A stretch of DNA of 64,000 nucleotides, taken from the IMG/VR virus record IMGVR_UViG_2931642416_000001, positions 8,874-72,873 of that record; one strand, written 5' to 3'. The position numbers were made by a program, and so were the translations under genes. The stretch is from a virus (taxonomy: Duplodnaviria; Caudoviricetes). Below are positions 47,758 through 57,272 of this stretch, in pieces (position 1 is the stretch's first letter; the number at the start of each line of letters is the position of its first letter). The notes under the pieces are model-generated. The model did no database searches, was not told the DNA's origin, and worked only from the letters and a program-made list of their open reading frames with translations.

Positions 47758-48546
47758 TCAGGGCTGTACGCGCTCGATCTCGATGGCCAGCACGCCGAGC
47801 GCTTCCTTCTCTGGCCCGTAGATGCGGCGAATGTTGGCGAGCTGCTGCTCACGCGAGGAGTCGGGATTCACGCGCTCCGGCCCCTCGGTGTCGAGCAGTT
47901 CCTCGAAGCTGTCGTAGACCGCAACCCGTACGACCTTGGTCAGGCACTCATCACCGTCGCATCGGAACAGGATGCGCTGCCCAGCGGCGAGGTCGCGCAG
48001 GTTCGAGTAGAGGACCCGGACCTCGACGGACTTGCGGCCAGCAGAGACCAGATCGAAGTAGGGGCGGTAGAGGTTCATGTCGCGTGCCGGGGTCTCCCTG
48101 CGCTGCCAGCCATCGAGGCTGAAGGCGTCGCCGCGCTGGTAGGCGCCAAGGCCGGCGCGGATGTAGGAGACGACGTCGCCAGGCAGATCGTCCAGGGGGA
48201 ACCATTCGATCTTGTCGCACTTGCTCGGTTCGGCATTCACCGGTTCCCCACCCCATCGGCTCGTGGCGAAGAAGACGCCGATGCGGGCCTGGCCGTCGGG
48301 GTCGGCGTGGTGGCAGACGCCGGCGAAGTCGAGGTCTGCGGGGTTGATGTCGATGCCCAGCTCCTCGCGAGCCTCCCGTGCGGCCCCCTCAGGTAGGGTC
48401 TCGCCGGCGTCGAGGCAGCCCCCCGGGACGGACCAGAGGCCGTCGGCGAACCCCGTGTTGGCTCGCAGCAACAGCAGGACCTTGTCCCCCTCGATGAGGA
48501 TCAGGTGGACGCCGACGTGGGGCCGGAACGGTTCAGGTGTGGACAT
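47758..48546 (-). CDS. NUDIX hydrolase-ASCH/PUA domain fusion
   Basis: Nudix box GG.LD.GET..EGAAREAREELGI; ASCH MNLYRPYFDLV..GRKSVEVR. Confidence 0.88.
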   Translation of the reverse strand: MSTPEPFRPHVGVHLILIEGDKVLLLLRANTGFADGLWSVPGGCLDAGETLPEGAAREAREELGIDINPADLDFAGVCHHADPDGQARIGVFFATSRWGGEPVNAEPSKCDKIEWFPLDDLPGDVVSYIRAGLGAYQRGDAFSLDGWQRRETPARDMNLYRPYFDLVSAGRKSVEVRVLYSNLRDLAAGQRILFRCDGDECLTKVVRVAVYDSFEELLDTEGPERVNPDSSREQQLANIRRIYGPEKEALGVLAIEIERVQP

Positions 48547-48633
48547 GGCCGTGCTCCCCGTGGTGGCGATGAGTCGTGGGTGTCACGCTACGCGGCCACA
48601 CGGGGAGCACGGGGTCTGTTTGCCGGGATGGAT

Positions 48634-49317
48634 CTAGACGTCGCTGCCGGGCAGCTGGGCGCTGGCCATCGCGTGGACCATGGCGGCGAGGTGGTCGGCG
48701 AGCTGCTCCGGCGTGCGGTTGTCGGTGTGCAGGTGGTAGGCGGTGGAGTCAGTGTCGGCGATCTGGTCGTAGTGGTCCTGCAGCCGTCGCAGCAGGGCGC
48801 GGTCGGCGATGAGGTCGCGATCGGATGCGGTCTGGTCGGGTTTGCCGGTCATCCGCGCGGTCAGCTCGTCCAGGTCGGTGTGCAGGTAGACGGTCAGGTC
48901 CGGCTGGGCCAGGTAGCCGACGAAGGGCGCGATGGTCGCGACGACGGTGCCATTGTCGAGGCCGTGGACGGCGGAGTGGTTGGCTATAACGGAGTTGATG
49001 TAGCGGTCGGCGACGGCATGCCCGGTCTCCAGGGACTGGCGGGCCAGGTCGGAGGCGTGTAGCGCCCCGGCGAGGTAGAAGGCCAGCTGCGGTAGCGCCT
49101 GGGCGTGGGCGTTGATGTACGGCTGCAGATCAGAGACTGGGGCGGGCACCGTGTGGAAGGCACGGCAGTCCAGCCGTTCGGCGAGGTGTCGGGCGAGGGT
49201 GGACTTGCCGGATCCGCTGATGCCCTCCAGGACCACGAAGATGCCCGATCGTGCTGTCTTGGCCGGCTGGTAGGCGGCGGGCAGCTGGTTGCTGATGCCG
49301 GGGGCGATGATGGTCAT
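48634..49317 (-). CDS. Thymidylate kinase-like NMP kinase
   Basis: LEGISGSGKST P-loop; ADRY; PDLTVYL. Confidence 0.85.
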   Translation of the reverse strand: MTIIAPGISNQLPAAYQPAKTARSGIFVVLEGISGSGKSTLARHLAERLDCRAFHTVPAPVSDLQPYINAHAQALPQLAFYLAGALHASDLARQSLETGHAVADRYINSVIANHSAVHGLDNGTVVATIAPFVGYLAQPDLTVYLHTDLDELTARMTGKPDQTASDRDLIADRALLRRLQDHYDQIADTDSTAYHLHTDNRTPEQLADHLAAMVHAMASAQLPGSDV

Positions 49318-50345
49318 CAGAGGGTCCCTTCGGTGAAGGCGTCCAGGTGGGCGGAGACGGCCGCCAGCAGGCCGGCCGGGTCTTGTGCGTACGGGGTGAC
49401 GTCCAGGCGGAGGTCGGGGCGAAGTAGACACGGGCTGAGCTCGCCGGCCGAATCCAGGCGCAGCGCCCAGAACCCCTCGATGCACTGCGCTCGCTTGGGG
49501 CAGGTGGTGCACTGGCCGACGTGGTGGCGGCCGAGGGAGGCGTCGATGACCTCGATCGTCATTGGTCCGCGCTGGCCGGGGACGTTGAAAACGTGGCGCC
49601 CCTGTCCCGTACCGGAGGTGACGACCTCCCCGCTGGTGGCGATCGAGCGCAGGTAGGCGGTGATGTCCCCGGAGGGGACCTTGGCGCTCAGCTGGTTGTG
49701 GTCGGTGTCGACCAGCTCGATGATCTGCAAGCTGGTGCCGAGCTCGCGCGCGTAGGCGATGATGTCCATCACCTCGTGCGCGTTCTGCTCCTGCAGCAGC
49801 AGGTTCAGCTCGACGATCGGGATTACCTCGATGGCGGCCTCGATCCCGGCCTTGATCTTGGCGATGTCGCCCGGCTTGCCTTCCGCGATGGCGGCGATGG
49901 AGGCGTCGGAGAAGTAATGCAAGCTGACCTTGATCCGGTCGAGTGCGGTGGCGGCCAGCCAGTCGAGGTCCTTGGTGAGGGTGAGCCCGTTGGTGATGAG
50001 CGTGGTGGTGTAGTCGCTCATGTCGTGTGCGGGCAGGCCCTGCAGGATCGGGCGGGCCAGCGGGGACAGCAGCGGTTCGCCACCGGTGAAGAAGACGCGG
50101 CGGATCCCGGCGGCGGTCATCGCGTTGATCGCGGTCAAGAAGTCGTCGGCTCCCATCGCCCGCCGACGGGGCTGGATGGTCCGGTCGTGGTGGGTGATCC
50201 GGGGCGGGATCTCTCCTTCGTTGTGGCAGAACCAGCACCCGAGCTGGCAGCGGGGAGTGAGAGAGACTCGCAGCTGGCCGCCGCGGCGGGCGAAGTCGCC
50301 GCCCAATGGCGCCGCAGTGGGGAAGCCGAGCGCGGTCGGTGGCAT
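49317..50345 (-). CDS. Radical SAM enzyme, MoaA-like
   Basis: CQLGCWFCHNEG; TGGEPLL; ITNG; C-terminal C..C....C..G..LRL...G.L.PCL. Confidence 0.88.
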   Translation of the reverse strand: MPPTALGFPTAAPLGGDFARRGGQLRVSLTPRCQLGCWFCHNEGEIPPRITHHDRTIQPRRRAMGADDFLTAINAMTAAGIRRVFFTGGEPLLSPLARPILQGLPAHDMSDYTTTLITNGLTLTKDLDWLAATALDRIKVSLHYFSDASIAAIAEGKPGDIAKIKAGIEAAIEVIPIVELNLLLQEQNAHEVMDIIAYARELGTSLQIIELVDTDHNQLSAKVPSGDITAYLRSIATSGEVVTSGTGQGRHVFNVPGQRGPMTIEVIDASLGRHHVGQCTTCPKRAQCIEGFWALRLDSAGELSPCLLRPDLRLDVTPYAQDPAGLLAAVSAHLDAFTEGTL

Positions 50346-50509
50346 GATGCCTCCTCTGGTCCGGTGTGACTCCAGAAAGCCCCGAACCGGTGCCCCATGC
50401 AGGCGCGCTTGCATAGGTCGGCAACGGTTTGCATGTACTGCAAACCGGCGTGCCTCCAAGGCGTTGGCCAGCTACGGTGAAGCGGGGACTCTCTTCTGTG
50501 GAGCAGCCG

Positions 50510-51799
50510 ATGACACTGCGTCACGCTGGCGAGATCGTAAGAGCAGCTCGACAGGCCAAGGGCATGACGCTGGCCGATCTTGGCCGGTTGACGGGGTATT
50601 CCGCCTCTCAGGTCTCTCGCCTGGAGCGCGGAATCGTGCCCCTGACCGACACGGTGGTGCTGCGTAGTTTTGCTTCCGCGTTGGGATTGTCGCCAAGGGC
50701 GGTTGGGCTTCTCCCCGACGCCGGCGTCCACGCCGCGACGGATCACGCTGTTACACGCCGCCATGCTGCGGATACATTACGTGGTGGGAGTCATGACGAC
50801 GAGGGGACCGATCCGATGCGGCGTCGCACACTGCTCACAGCAGCCGGACTGAGCATCCCGCTGTCCCTACTCCAACGCCTGGACGACGCCCTGGCGGTGC
50901 CGCCGCAACCGGACGGCATGGCCGAGCCGGCACAGATCGCCCAACGGCTACGGTCAGCGCGCCACCAGTTCGACGCTGCCGAACTGGCCGCCCTTGTAGC
51001 GGCCCTGCCCGGACTGCTCGCCTCAGCGCGAGAAGCAGCCGAACGGGCCGACAACCCGGCAGGGTGGGCGCTGGTCTCGGCGAGCTACAACCTCGCCACC
51101 GACACCCTCAACAAGATCGGCAACAAGTCGTCCGCCCGGCTCACCGCGGACCGAGCGATGCTGTACGCCGACCGGTCACAGGACCCCGTCGCCAAGGCGG
51201 CCTCGGCGCGCGCACTGGGCATGATGCTGCGCACCCAAGGCCGCCCCGACCTCGCCACCGCCGTCATGACCAACGGCATCGACCAACTGGCGACGACCGG
51301 ACACCAGACGACTGCCCAAGCCAGCATGTACCTGCGGCTGCTGTGCGCCCGCGCCTACACCTACGCCTGGGCCGGAGACCGGCAGCGAGCCCTCGACGGC
51401 ATCGCCGAGGCCGAGCAGGCAGCCGGCCGGATCCCGGCAATGAAGCCCACTGCCTTGCCGTTCGCGACGCTCTACCGCGTCGACATCCACTACGCGCTCG
51501 GCGATGCCGGCGCAGCCGTGCACGCCGCTCGGGACCTGCGAGACGAGATGTACCCGACGCCCGAGCGGCGCGGGCGTCTCCACACTGACCTCGCCCGCGC
51601 CTACTGGCGGTGGGGCAGGCCCGAACAGACCGCGGCCGAGCTGTTGGCGGCGTACCGGCACGCGCCGGCGGAGGTGCGGGATAGGCCGTCAATCCGGCGG
51701 ATCGCGGCCGAGGTGGTGGAGCGCCACCCGTGCGTCGCTGGTGTGCGCCAGCTCGCCACGGCGATTGCCCGCCCTCCCGCTATGCCCGCCGCCATCTGA
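50510..51799 (+). CDS. XRE-family HTH regulator with TPR-like sensor domain
   Basis: AARQAKGMTLADLG..TGYSASQVSRLERG; MRRRTLL; ERR.R..D.ARA...AP.EVR.RP. Confidence 0.88.
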   Translation: MTLRHAGEIVRAARQAKGMTLADLGRLTGYSASQVSRLERGIVPLTDTVVLRSFASALGLSPRAVGLLPDAGVHAATDHAVTRRHAADTLRGGSHDDEGTDPMRRRTLLTAAGLSIPLSLLQRLDDALAVPPQPDGMAEPAQIAQRLRSARHQFDAAELAALVAALPGLLASAREAAERADNPAGWALVSASYNLATDTLNKIGNKSSARLTADRAMLYADRSQDPVAKAASARALGMMLRTQGRPDLATAVMTNGIDQLATTGHQTTAQASMYLRLLCARAYTYAWAGDRQRALDGIAEAEQAAGRIPAMKPTALPFATLYRVDIHYALGDAGAAVHAARDLRDEMYPTPERRGRLHTDLARAYWRWGRPEQTAAELLAAYRHAPAEVRDRPSIRRIAAEVVERHPCVAGVRQLATAIARPPAMPAAI

Positions 51800-51870
51800 C
51801 TGGCCTTCGGCAACGAGAAGCCCCCGCCCGGTCCTCGCGGATCGGGCAGGGGCTGCTTCGCGTTGTACGG

Positions 51871-52467
51871 CTACTGTTCGCGGTATCCCTCGCTCGTGAG
51901 GTCGACGCGCCGGTTGTGAAGGTAGCTCTCGACCTCGCCCGGGTCGGAGAACGAGCGGATGTCCTTGTCGCTGATGCCGTCCACCGTGAAATCCTCGGTC
52001 ACCTCGTTGCCGTTGACAGTGATGGTGATCGTGTCCGTGCCCCAATCGGGCTTGTCGTTCTCGCGAGTGAAGGTGATCGTGCGCGGGGCCATGGTGACGA
52101 TGCGGGTCGGCCACCCGGCTACCTCGGCCTCTCCCTCGATGACGTACAGCAGTTCGTCGTCGCTGTCGCCGTAGCCCTGCTCCGTTGCCCATGTCTGCGC
52201 GTCAGCGGGGAGGTCGTGCCAGGTGATGGTCGACTCGGCGAGTTCGGTTGCGCCCTCCGGCATCCGGTCGCCAGACGTGGCAGAGATGAGGGTGTACGTG
52301 GTCACGGTGGACTCCTGGGGGATGAGGTCGATGGGGACGATGGCTGCGACTCGGCGGCCGTGCCGGGTGATGTAGGTGATCTGTCCGGCGTACTCTGCGC
52401 GGTTCACCAGGTCCCCGAACTTGGCGCGTCCTTCGCGGAGGCCGATCTCGTTCTCGCTCACATCCAT
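51871..52467 (-). CDS. Phd/YefM antitoxin domain fused to an acidic C-terminal domain
   Basis: IGLREGRAKFGDLVNRA...ITYITRHGRRVAAIVP. Confidence 0.8.
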   Translation of the reverse strand: MDVSENEIGLREGRAKFGDLVNRAEYAGQITYITRHGRRVAAIVPIDLIPQESTVTTYTLISATSGDRMPEGATELAESTITWHDLPADAQTWATEQGYGDSDDELLYVIEGEAEVAGWPTRIVTMAPRTITFTRENDKPDWGTDTITITVNGNEVTEDFTVDGISDKDIRSFSDPGEVESYLHNRRVDLTSEGYREQ

Positions 52468-52471
52468 GAGA

Positions 52472-52498
52472 GTACACAGTTTGCATTGTGTACACAAT
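52472..52498. promoter_or_regulatory. Operator palindrome upstream of the Phd-like gene
   Basis: ATTGTGTACACAAT at 52485-52498 plus half-site GTACACA at 52472. Confidence 0.65.
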
Positions 52499-52566
52499 AG
52501 GCTTTGGTCTGGGAAAACGAGAGGCTCGCCCCAAGCAGGGCGAGCCCCATGTGTCGTACGGCTAGC

Positions 52567-52842
52567 TCAGGCTCGACGCCAACGCCAGTACGGGTCGGAG
52601 CTCTTGTAGGTGCACTTGTAGCGGACCTTCGTCACCTTCGCGTACCCGTACCGCCCGTGCGCTGCTTTCGGACAGAACGCTCCCGGAGTGATGCACTCCC
52701 AATGGGACCCGACCTGCCGGTAGCAGGAGGCGGCGGCAGCGTTCACGTGCACTGTCGTCGCGGAAGCAGGCAGCGAAGCGACGGCGGGGGCGACCATAGC
52801 GGACCCGGCGAGGGCAGCGGACACGAGCAGGCGTCTGAGCAC
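52567..52842 (-). CDS. Small secreted Cys-rich basic protein
   Basis: AGGAG RBS; signal peptide; C...C.TPGAFC...C...WRW. Confidence 0.65.
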   Translation of the reverse strand: MLRRLLVSAALAGSAMVAPAVASLPASATTVHVNAAAASCYRQVGSHWECITPGAFCPKAAHGRYGYAKVTKVRYKCTYKSSDPYWRWRRA

Positions 52843-52988
52843 AGAGACTCCTGAGGTGGGGGATGGAACGTGACAAGGGTGAGACGCCGGCCGGTTGGCG
52901 GAAGTTGCCGGGAGTTGCTGTCCGGATGCGGACACAGAGAAGCCCTCACCCTGCCGTAGGCAGAATGAGGGCTCTTCCAGAAAGGGGA

Positions 52989-53324
52989 CTACGCGTCGGC
53001 TAGGAGTCGATCGGTGGCGTCCGCGGGCGCCACATGCATCACCGCTCGCTGCGTCTCCCAACCGGGGGTTGCGTCGCCGATGCTGTGGATCGCGGAACGG
53101 AGGAAGCAGAGGGCCTTGACCATGGCGTCGGCAGGATCGTCGGCTTCGACGATCATCTGGACGTCCACCACTCCATCCGTGATGGTTGCGGCCAGATCAG
53201 GATCCTCGACTGCCGAATCGGTGTCTTCCAGGTCGAGTAGGGCGTTCATCAGGTCGTTGAGGCGCTCGTCGAATCCTGTGAGATCGCCGATGCACTGAAC
53301 TTCCTGGATCGTCATGTACTTCAT
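52989..53324 (-). CDS. Acidic HicB-like partner protein
   Basis: Coupled to the upstream basic HicA-like gene; V.ADDPADAM. Confidence 0.55.
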   Translation of the reverse strand: MKYMTIQEVQCIGDLTGFDERLNDLMNALLDLEDTDSAVEDPDLAATITDGVVDVQMIVEADDPADAMVKALCFLRSAIHSIGDATPGWETQRAVMHVAPADATDRLLADA

Positions 53325-53551
53325 GGCGTGTCCTCGTCCCAACAGGTCGCTCTTCGCAGTTGGCCGAGCAGGTTCCTCTTGTAGTTGTTCCCCGATGGCG
53401 TGCACTTCACTGTCTTCATGTGAAGACCGCATGGGCACTTCATCATGAAGTACTTCTTTCCTTTATCGACATCCCAGCCTTGAGCCTCCGCGTCGGCCAG
53501 GACCTCTTCCAGCTCCTTGATCGGGTGTCGCGGTCTGACCACTTTGTCCAC
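53321..53551 (-). CDS. HicA-like small basic protein
   Basis: KELEEVL..AE.QGW.V.KG...CPC...V..TPS...NL..QLRR. Confidence 0.6.
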   Translation of the reverse strand: MDKVVRPRHPIKELEEVLADAEAQGWDVDKGKKYFMMKCPCGLHMKTVKCTPSGNNYKRNLLGQLRRATCWDEDTP

Positions 53552-53735
53552 CTGTCGACGACTTCGAGTCTACGTTCCGGCCCAGTGCCCCGATAGACCG
53601 CCCCCGCCGTAGATTGGCATAGCGTGTGACGCGCGTCTTCCTTTTTTGGTTGACACCTGAAGATGCGGAAGTCCAGTCGCACACTCGTTCGGTCATAGGA
53701 TCCTGGCGAACCACCACGCACCGGGGGAGACCGCC

Positions 53736-54017
53736 ATGGCTGACTACGAACTGCCGCAGGATTTGATCGACGCGCAGAAGGCGTTCTACGCGGCCGAGGC
53801 GCGCTGCGCTGAGCTGGTAGCCGCTGAGCCCTCACCTGTCGCCATAGCGGCGCTGGAGGCGGAGCTGAGCGACGAGCAGCGTCAGGCCCTCGCCGCGGCG
53901 CGGGAGGAGCGGCTGCAGGCGGTCGAGGTGCTGCACCGGCATCCGTTCTGGAAGGATCTCCCGGCCGGCGACAAGATGAAGGTTCAGGCGAAGCTGCGCG
54001 AGGCCGCCAAGGGGTGA
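53736..54017 (+). CDS. Hypothetical protein
   Basis: GGGGGAG RBS; LP.DLI.AQ...HPFW. Confidence 0.65.
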   Translation: MADYELPQDLIDAQKAFYAAEARCAELVAAEPSPVAIAALEAELSDEQRQALAAAREERLQAVEVLHRHPFWKDLPAGDKMKVQAKLREAAKG

Positions 54018-54058
54018 GCCCCGGCCCCATCGTGGGAAGGCCGGGGCTCACAAGCCGG

Positions 54059-54187
54059 CTACTGCTCGGCGACCAGCAGTGTCGTCGTGATCTCGCCGCT
54101 GCCTTTGCACATCGAGCAGGTCATGCCGTCCTTGACCTTGGCGCCCTTACAGTCCCAGCAGGTCTCGCGGATCTGGTCGGTGCTCAT
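54059..54187 (-). CDS. 42-aa DnaJ-type zinc finger protein (not in ORF track)
   Basis: CWDCKG...CSMCKGSG; GAGGGAG RBS. Confidence 0.6.
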   Translation of the reverse strand: MSTDQIRETCWDCKGAKVKDGMTCSMCKGSGEITTTLLVAEQ

Positions 54188-54228
54188 GGTGGTCTCCCTC
54201 TGTGGTGTCGGGTTGGGTAGTTGGTCCG

Positions 54229-54495
54229 TCAGACAGCGAGGTCGAGCTGCTGTAGGTGCTGGCGCTCCTGTGGTGTGAGCCCGCCGTAGATGCCGTACGG
54301 GATGTCCTCAGCGAGGGCGTAGGCGAGGCAGGCCGCGCGGGCAGGGCAAGCGGCGCAGATGCGTTTGGCGGGGCCGGCCGGGGCGCCATGCTCGGGGAAC
54401 CAAGCCTCTGGGTCGGCCTCGACGCAGAACGCGCCATCCATCCACGAGGTGGCGGTCACATAGTCGTCCATGTCGGCGAGAGCGTCGATCAGCAT
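54229..54495 (-). CDS. whiB: WhiB-family transcription factor (second copy)
   Basis: W...A.C...DPE.WFP...AKRIC..CP....CL.YAL...GIYGGLT..ER. Confidence 0.9.
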   Translation of the reverse strand: MLIDALADMDDYVTATSWMDGAFCVEADPEAWFPEHGAPAGPAKRICAACPARAACLAYALAEDIPYGIYGGLTPQERQHLQQLDLAV

Positions 54496-54654
54496 GGGGC
54501 TTCCTTCGTCACTTTGAGTAGTTCGCGTGATGTCCACGGGATGTCTACGAGCGATGTCCCGGAGACATCGTTTGGACATCCACCCCCCGCGTACGCGCGC
54601 ACGTGTGGAGAGGTCCGGGAGCGGGTGGGGCGGTCGCCGGGGGAGAGGGGCTCA

Positions 54655-56976
54655 CTATCCGTCACTGTCCCCGCCTCCCGGGGTGTGGGACTCCAGTGGT
54701 GGCGCCGGGTCGGGCCCACCCTCTACCTGGGCCTCCCCGCCCCTGCCCGAGGGGCCATCTGGGGGTATCCGCAGCTGAGCATGTGGGCCTCCCTCGGCCG
54801 GCTTGGGGTCGTCTCCCCCTTCGGCTCGCCCGGACCGCAGCTCCTCCTCCGCCTCCAGCGCGCCCACGACCAGCTCGCGCTCCCCCGCGCTCCGCCGCCA
54901 CTGCCCCTGCTTCGGCTGCTCGATCAGTCCCCTGCGCCGCCAGGCCGCCCGCCGTGCGCTCGCCCACGCGCGGCTGCGAGGCGAGACGGCGTCGTTGGAC
55001 ATCGCGGTGGTGACCAGGCCGGGGGAGAGGTGCACCTCCACCAGGGCCCGCAGGTGCGGGTCGGCGATCTCGGCCGTGAGCGCGTCCATCTCGCCGGGAG
55101 GCTCGATCGTCTCGCTCACCACCAGGCGGGGTCGGCCATCAGCAGCGGCCACACGCCGCCCCTTCCGGCCCGCGCGTTCCCTCGCCTCCCGGACCATCTC
55201 CCGCTGGCGGTCGCTGGCGTGCTGCAGCAGCGTGTCCGGCAGCCCCGCCCACCTGTCCCGGTAGAACGGCAGCCGGTCCGCGGTCGAGGGTTCCAGCGTG
55301 GGCGCGATCCCTTCCGTCGCCGCTGCGGCCTCCATCAGCATCACGTCCGTCACCTCCGGCGTGAACAGCAGCGTTGTGTCATCGGAGCCGGACGACTGGA
55401 CGTAGAACGCTCCAGGAGGGAGCTCGCTCGTCCTGAACCGGTTCCAGCCGCGCAGCAGGAACTGGGAGTCTGCGTCGTTGCGGGTGCGGCCGGCGAAGCT
55501 CGTGGTGAAGTTCGGCAGCAGCTTTGGATGCACCGAATCCTGGTTGAAGTACTGGGTGGCGCCGTGAACGGCGAGGTTAAACGCCCGCCCTTCCGACGTC
55601 ACCTTGTTGGTGTCCTCGACGATCGCCGCAGCTGCCTTGCGGGTTTTGGCCCAGATGACGCGCACCTCATCGGCGAAGATCTCCACAGCAGGCCACTCCC
55701 GGGTAGCGGGGAGGACCTGGTTGTGCTCGGGCAGCAGCAGCTCGGCGCGTAGGGGAATCATCGCCGCAGCGTCGGCCATCATCTCCGCGGCCTGCTCCTC
55801 CGTGACGGCGATCCGGTCGATCCGGGGCAGCAGGTGGGCGTACGCCTTGCCGCCCGACTTGAGGTCGATCACCCAGATGAGCTTCGGCGTGTAAGCAGCA
55901 AGCAGGGCCCGTAGGCGCAGCAGGTTGGACTTGGTGGAGCCCGTCTTGCCGCCGTACAGGCCGTGGATCGACCCGTAGCCCTCGACGAACGGCCACACGT
56001 AGAACGGCTCACCGTCGTCGGTGCAGCCCAGCCACACCGCGTCGTAGGCCGTCGTCGGCATCTGCGGCGGGTCGAACGCGACCGTGCGTGCTTCGATGCG
56101 GCCTTCCTGCCAGATCAGTACTGCTCGGGCGGAGGAGGTGTGCTTGGGGTCCTGCCTGATGTCGCGGATGCTGCCCTTCGGCCAGTGCATGCCGGTCTCG
56201 ATGTGGCGGCGGGCGGCGGGCTTGTCGATGTCCTCCCGGGTGACGTTCACGGGCAGGCGGAGCGGGAAGGCCACCTGGCCGGCGCCGGTCACTTCGGGCC
56301 GGGTGACGGTGACGCCGGCGAACCCGTTCGCGGCGAACACCATCGGCAGGGTGGCAGCCCAGTTGCGGACGCGCTCGCGCAGGTGCCGCCATGCGCGCAC
56401 GTCACGCGGCAGCCACCAGGCCGCGACAACGGCCAGGGTGAGGGTGAGCCAGGCCACGTTGAGGATCTCGGTCGGCCCCCACACGGTGGCCGCTGTCATC
56501 CACAGGCCGAGCACTACGAGCGCTCCGGCTACCGTGTCGGCCTGCACGGGCAGCACGCCCGTCCGGTCGACAAGCACTCGCGCTGCAGCGGCCAGAACAG
56601 CCATCGCCATGGCCACGGCTGCCCACGGGGCGGCCAGCAGGTGAGCGGCAGCAGCGAAGACGTACAACGCCGAGCACGCCCACCAGACGGCGTGGAGGTC
56701 CCGGTGCCGCCACAGCCGCCGTCCGATACGCCGGGCGAGCCACCATCCCGGTACTCGCGCCAGCCACCACAGGAGCGGAACCGGCCACACCAGCAAAAGG
56801 ACAGGCAGCGGCAGGCGCACGAACCACGGCGCCTTGCCCTCAGGGAGGGGAGGTGCTGGCACCAGCTCAGTGCCTGTCCCGCCCTCGCGGTGAGCGGTCA
56901 GTGCTCCCCGGGCTGGGCGCCGCATCAGATGCCACAGCGTCGCGGCGACACCGACGAGGAGCAGTGACAGCAGCAT
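54655..56976 (-). CDS. TraB-like FtsK/SpoIIIE conjugative DNA translocase
   Basis: N-terminal TMs; GKTGSTKS Walker A; IDLKSG; IFADE Walker B; GRA...ATQ; C-terminal wHTH-like region. Confidence 0.85.
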   Translation of the reverse strand: MLLSLLLVGVAATLWHLMRRPARGALTAHREGGTGTELVPAPPLPEGKAPWFVRLPLPVLLLVWPVPLLWWLARVPGWWLARRIGRRLWRHRDLHAVWWACSALYVFAAAAHLLAAPWAAVAMAMAVLAAAARVLVDRTGVLPVQADTVAGALVVLGLWMTAATVWGPTEILNVAWLTLTLAVVAAWWLPRDVRAWRHLRERVRNWAATLPMVFAANGFAGVTVTRPEVTGAGQVAFPLRLPVNVTREDIDKPAARRHIETGMHWPKGSIRDIRQDPKHTSSARAVLIWQEGRIEARTVAFDPPQMPTTAYDAVWLGCTDDGEPFYVWPFVEGYGSIHGLYGGKTGSTKSNLLRLRALLAAYTPKLIWVIDLKSGGKAYAHLLPRIDRIAVTEEQAAEMMADAAAMIPLRAELLLPEHNQVLPATREWPAVEIFADEVRVIWAKTRKAAAAIVEDTNKVTSEGRAFNLAVHGATQYFNQDSVHPKLLPNFTTSFAGRTRNDADSQFLLRGWNRFRTSELPPGAFYVQSSGSDDTTLLFTPEVTDVMLMEAAAATEGIAPTLEPSTADRLPFYRDRWAGLPDTLLQHASDRQREMVREARERAGRKGRRVAAADGRPRLVVSETIEPPGEMDALTAEIADPHLRALVEVHLSPGLVTTAMSNDAVSPRSRAWASARRAAWRRRGLIEQPKQGQWRRSAGERELVVGALEAEEELRSGRAEGGDDPKPAEGGPHAQLRIPPDGPSGRGGEAQVEGGPDPAPPLESHTPGGGDSDG

Positions 56977-57272
56977 CAGGTGTCCTCAGGGGAGGGGAGC
57001 GTCTGCGGCGGGTCGAGTGAGCCGATGCCGGCGGCGAGGACCACCAGGACAGCAGCGATGCCATGGAGAGCGTGCCAGCAGAACCGGGCGCACGCGGCCA
57101 GCAGGAGTAGGGCGACAACGACGGCGATCTGGAGTGAGCGGCCTGCGATCCGCCTCCATCCGCATGCCTGGAGTTGAGCGCGGATCTGGCTCGGGGTGAG
57201 CGCCTCGGGCGACACCTCGCGCACACCACACACGAGTAGGGCTAGGAACAGCCACGGCAGCAGAGTTATCAC
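56976..57272 (-). CDS. Small membrane protein (Spd-like)
   Basis: Hydrophobic; coupled between the Spd-like gene and traB. Confidence 0.55.
   Translation of the reverse strand: MITLLPWLFLALLVCGVREVSPEALTPSQIRAQLQACGWRRIAGRSLQIAVVVALLLLAACARFCWHALHGIAAVLVVLAAGIGSLDPPQTLPSPEDT

Noticed and set aside
49317-50345. Definite viperin or definite MoaA
   Set aside because: CxxxCxFCHNEG and the C-terminal Cys cluster are MoaA-like but the context lacks moa genes; substrate cannot be assigned by eye
54256-55752. 498-aa plus-strand ORF
   Set aside because: Shadow of traB and whiB on the minus strand
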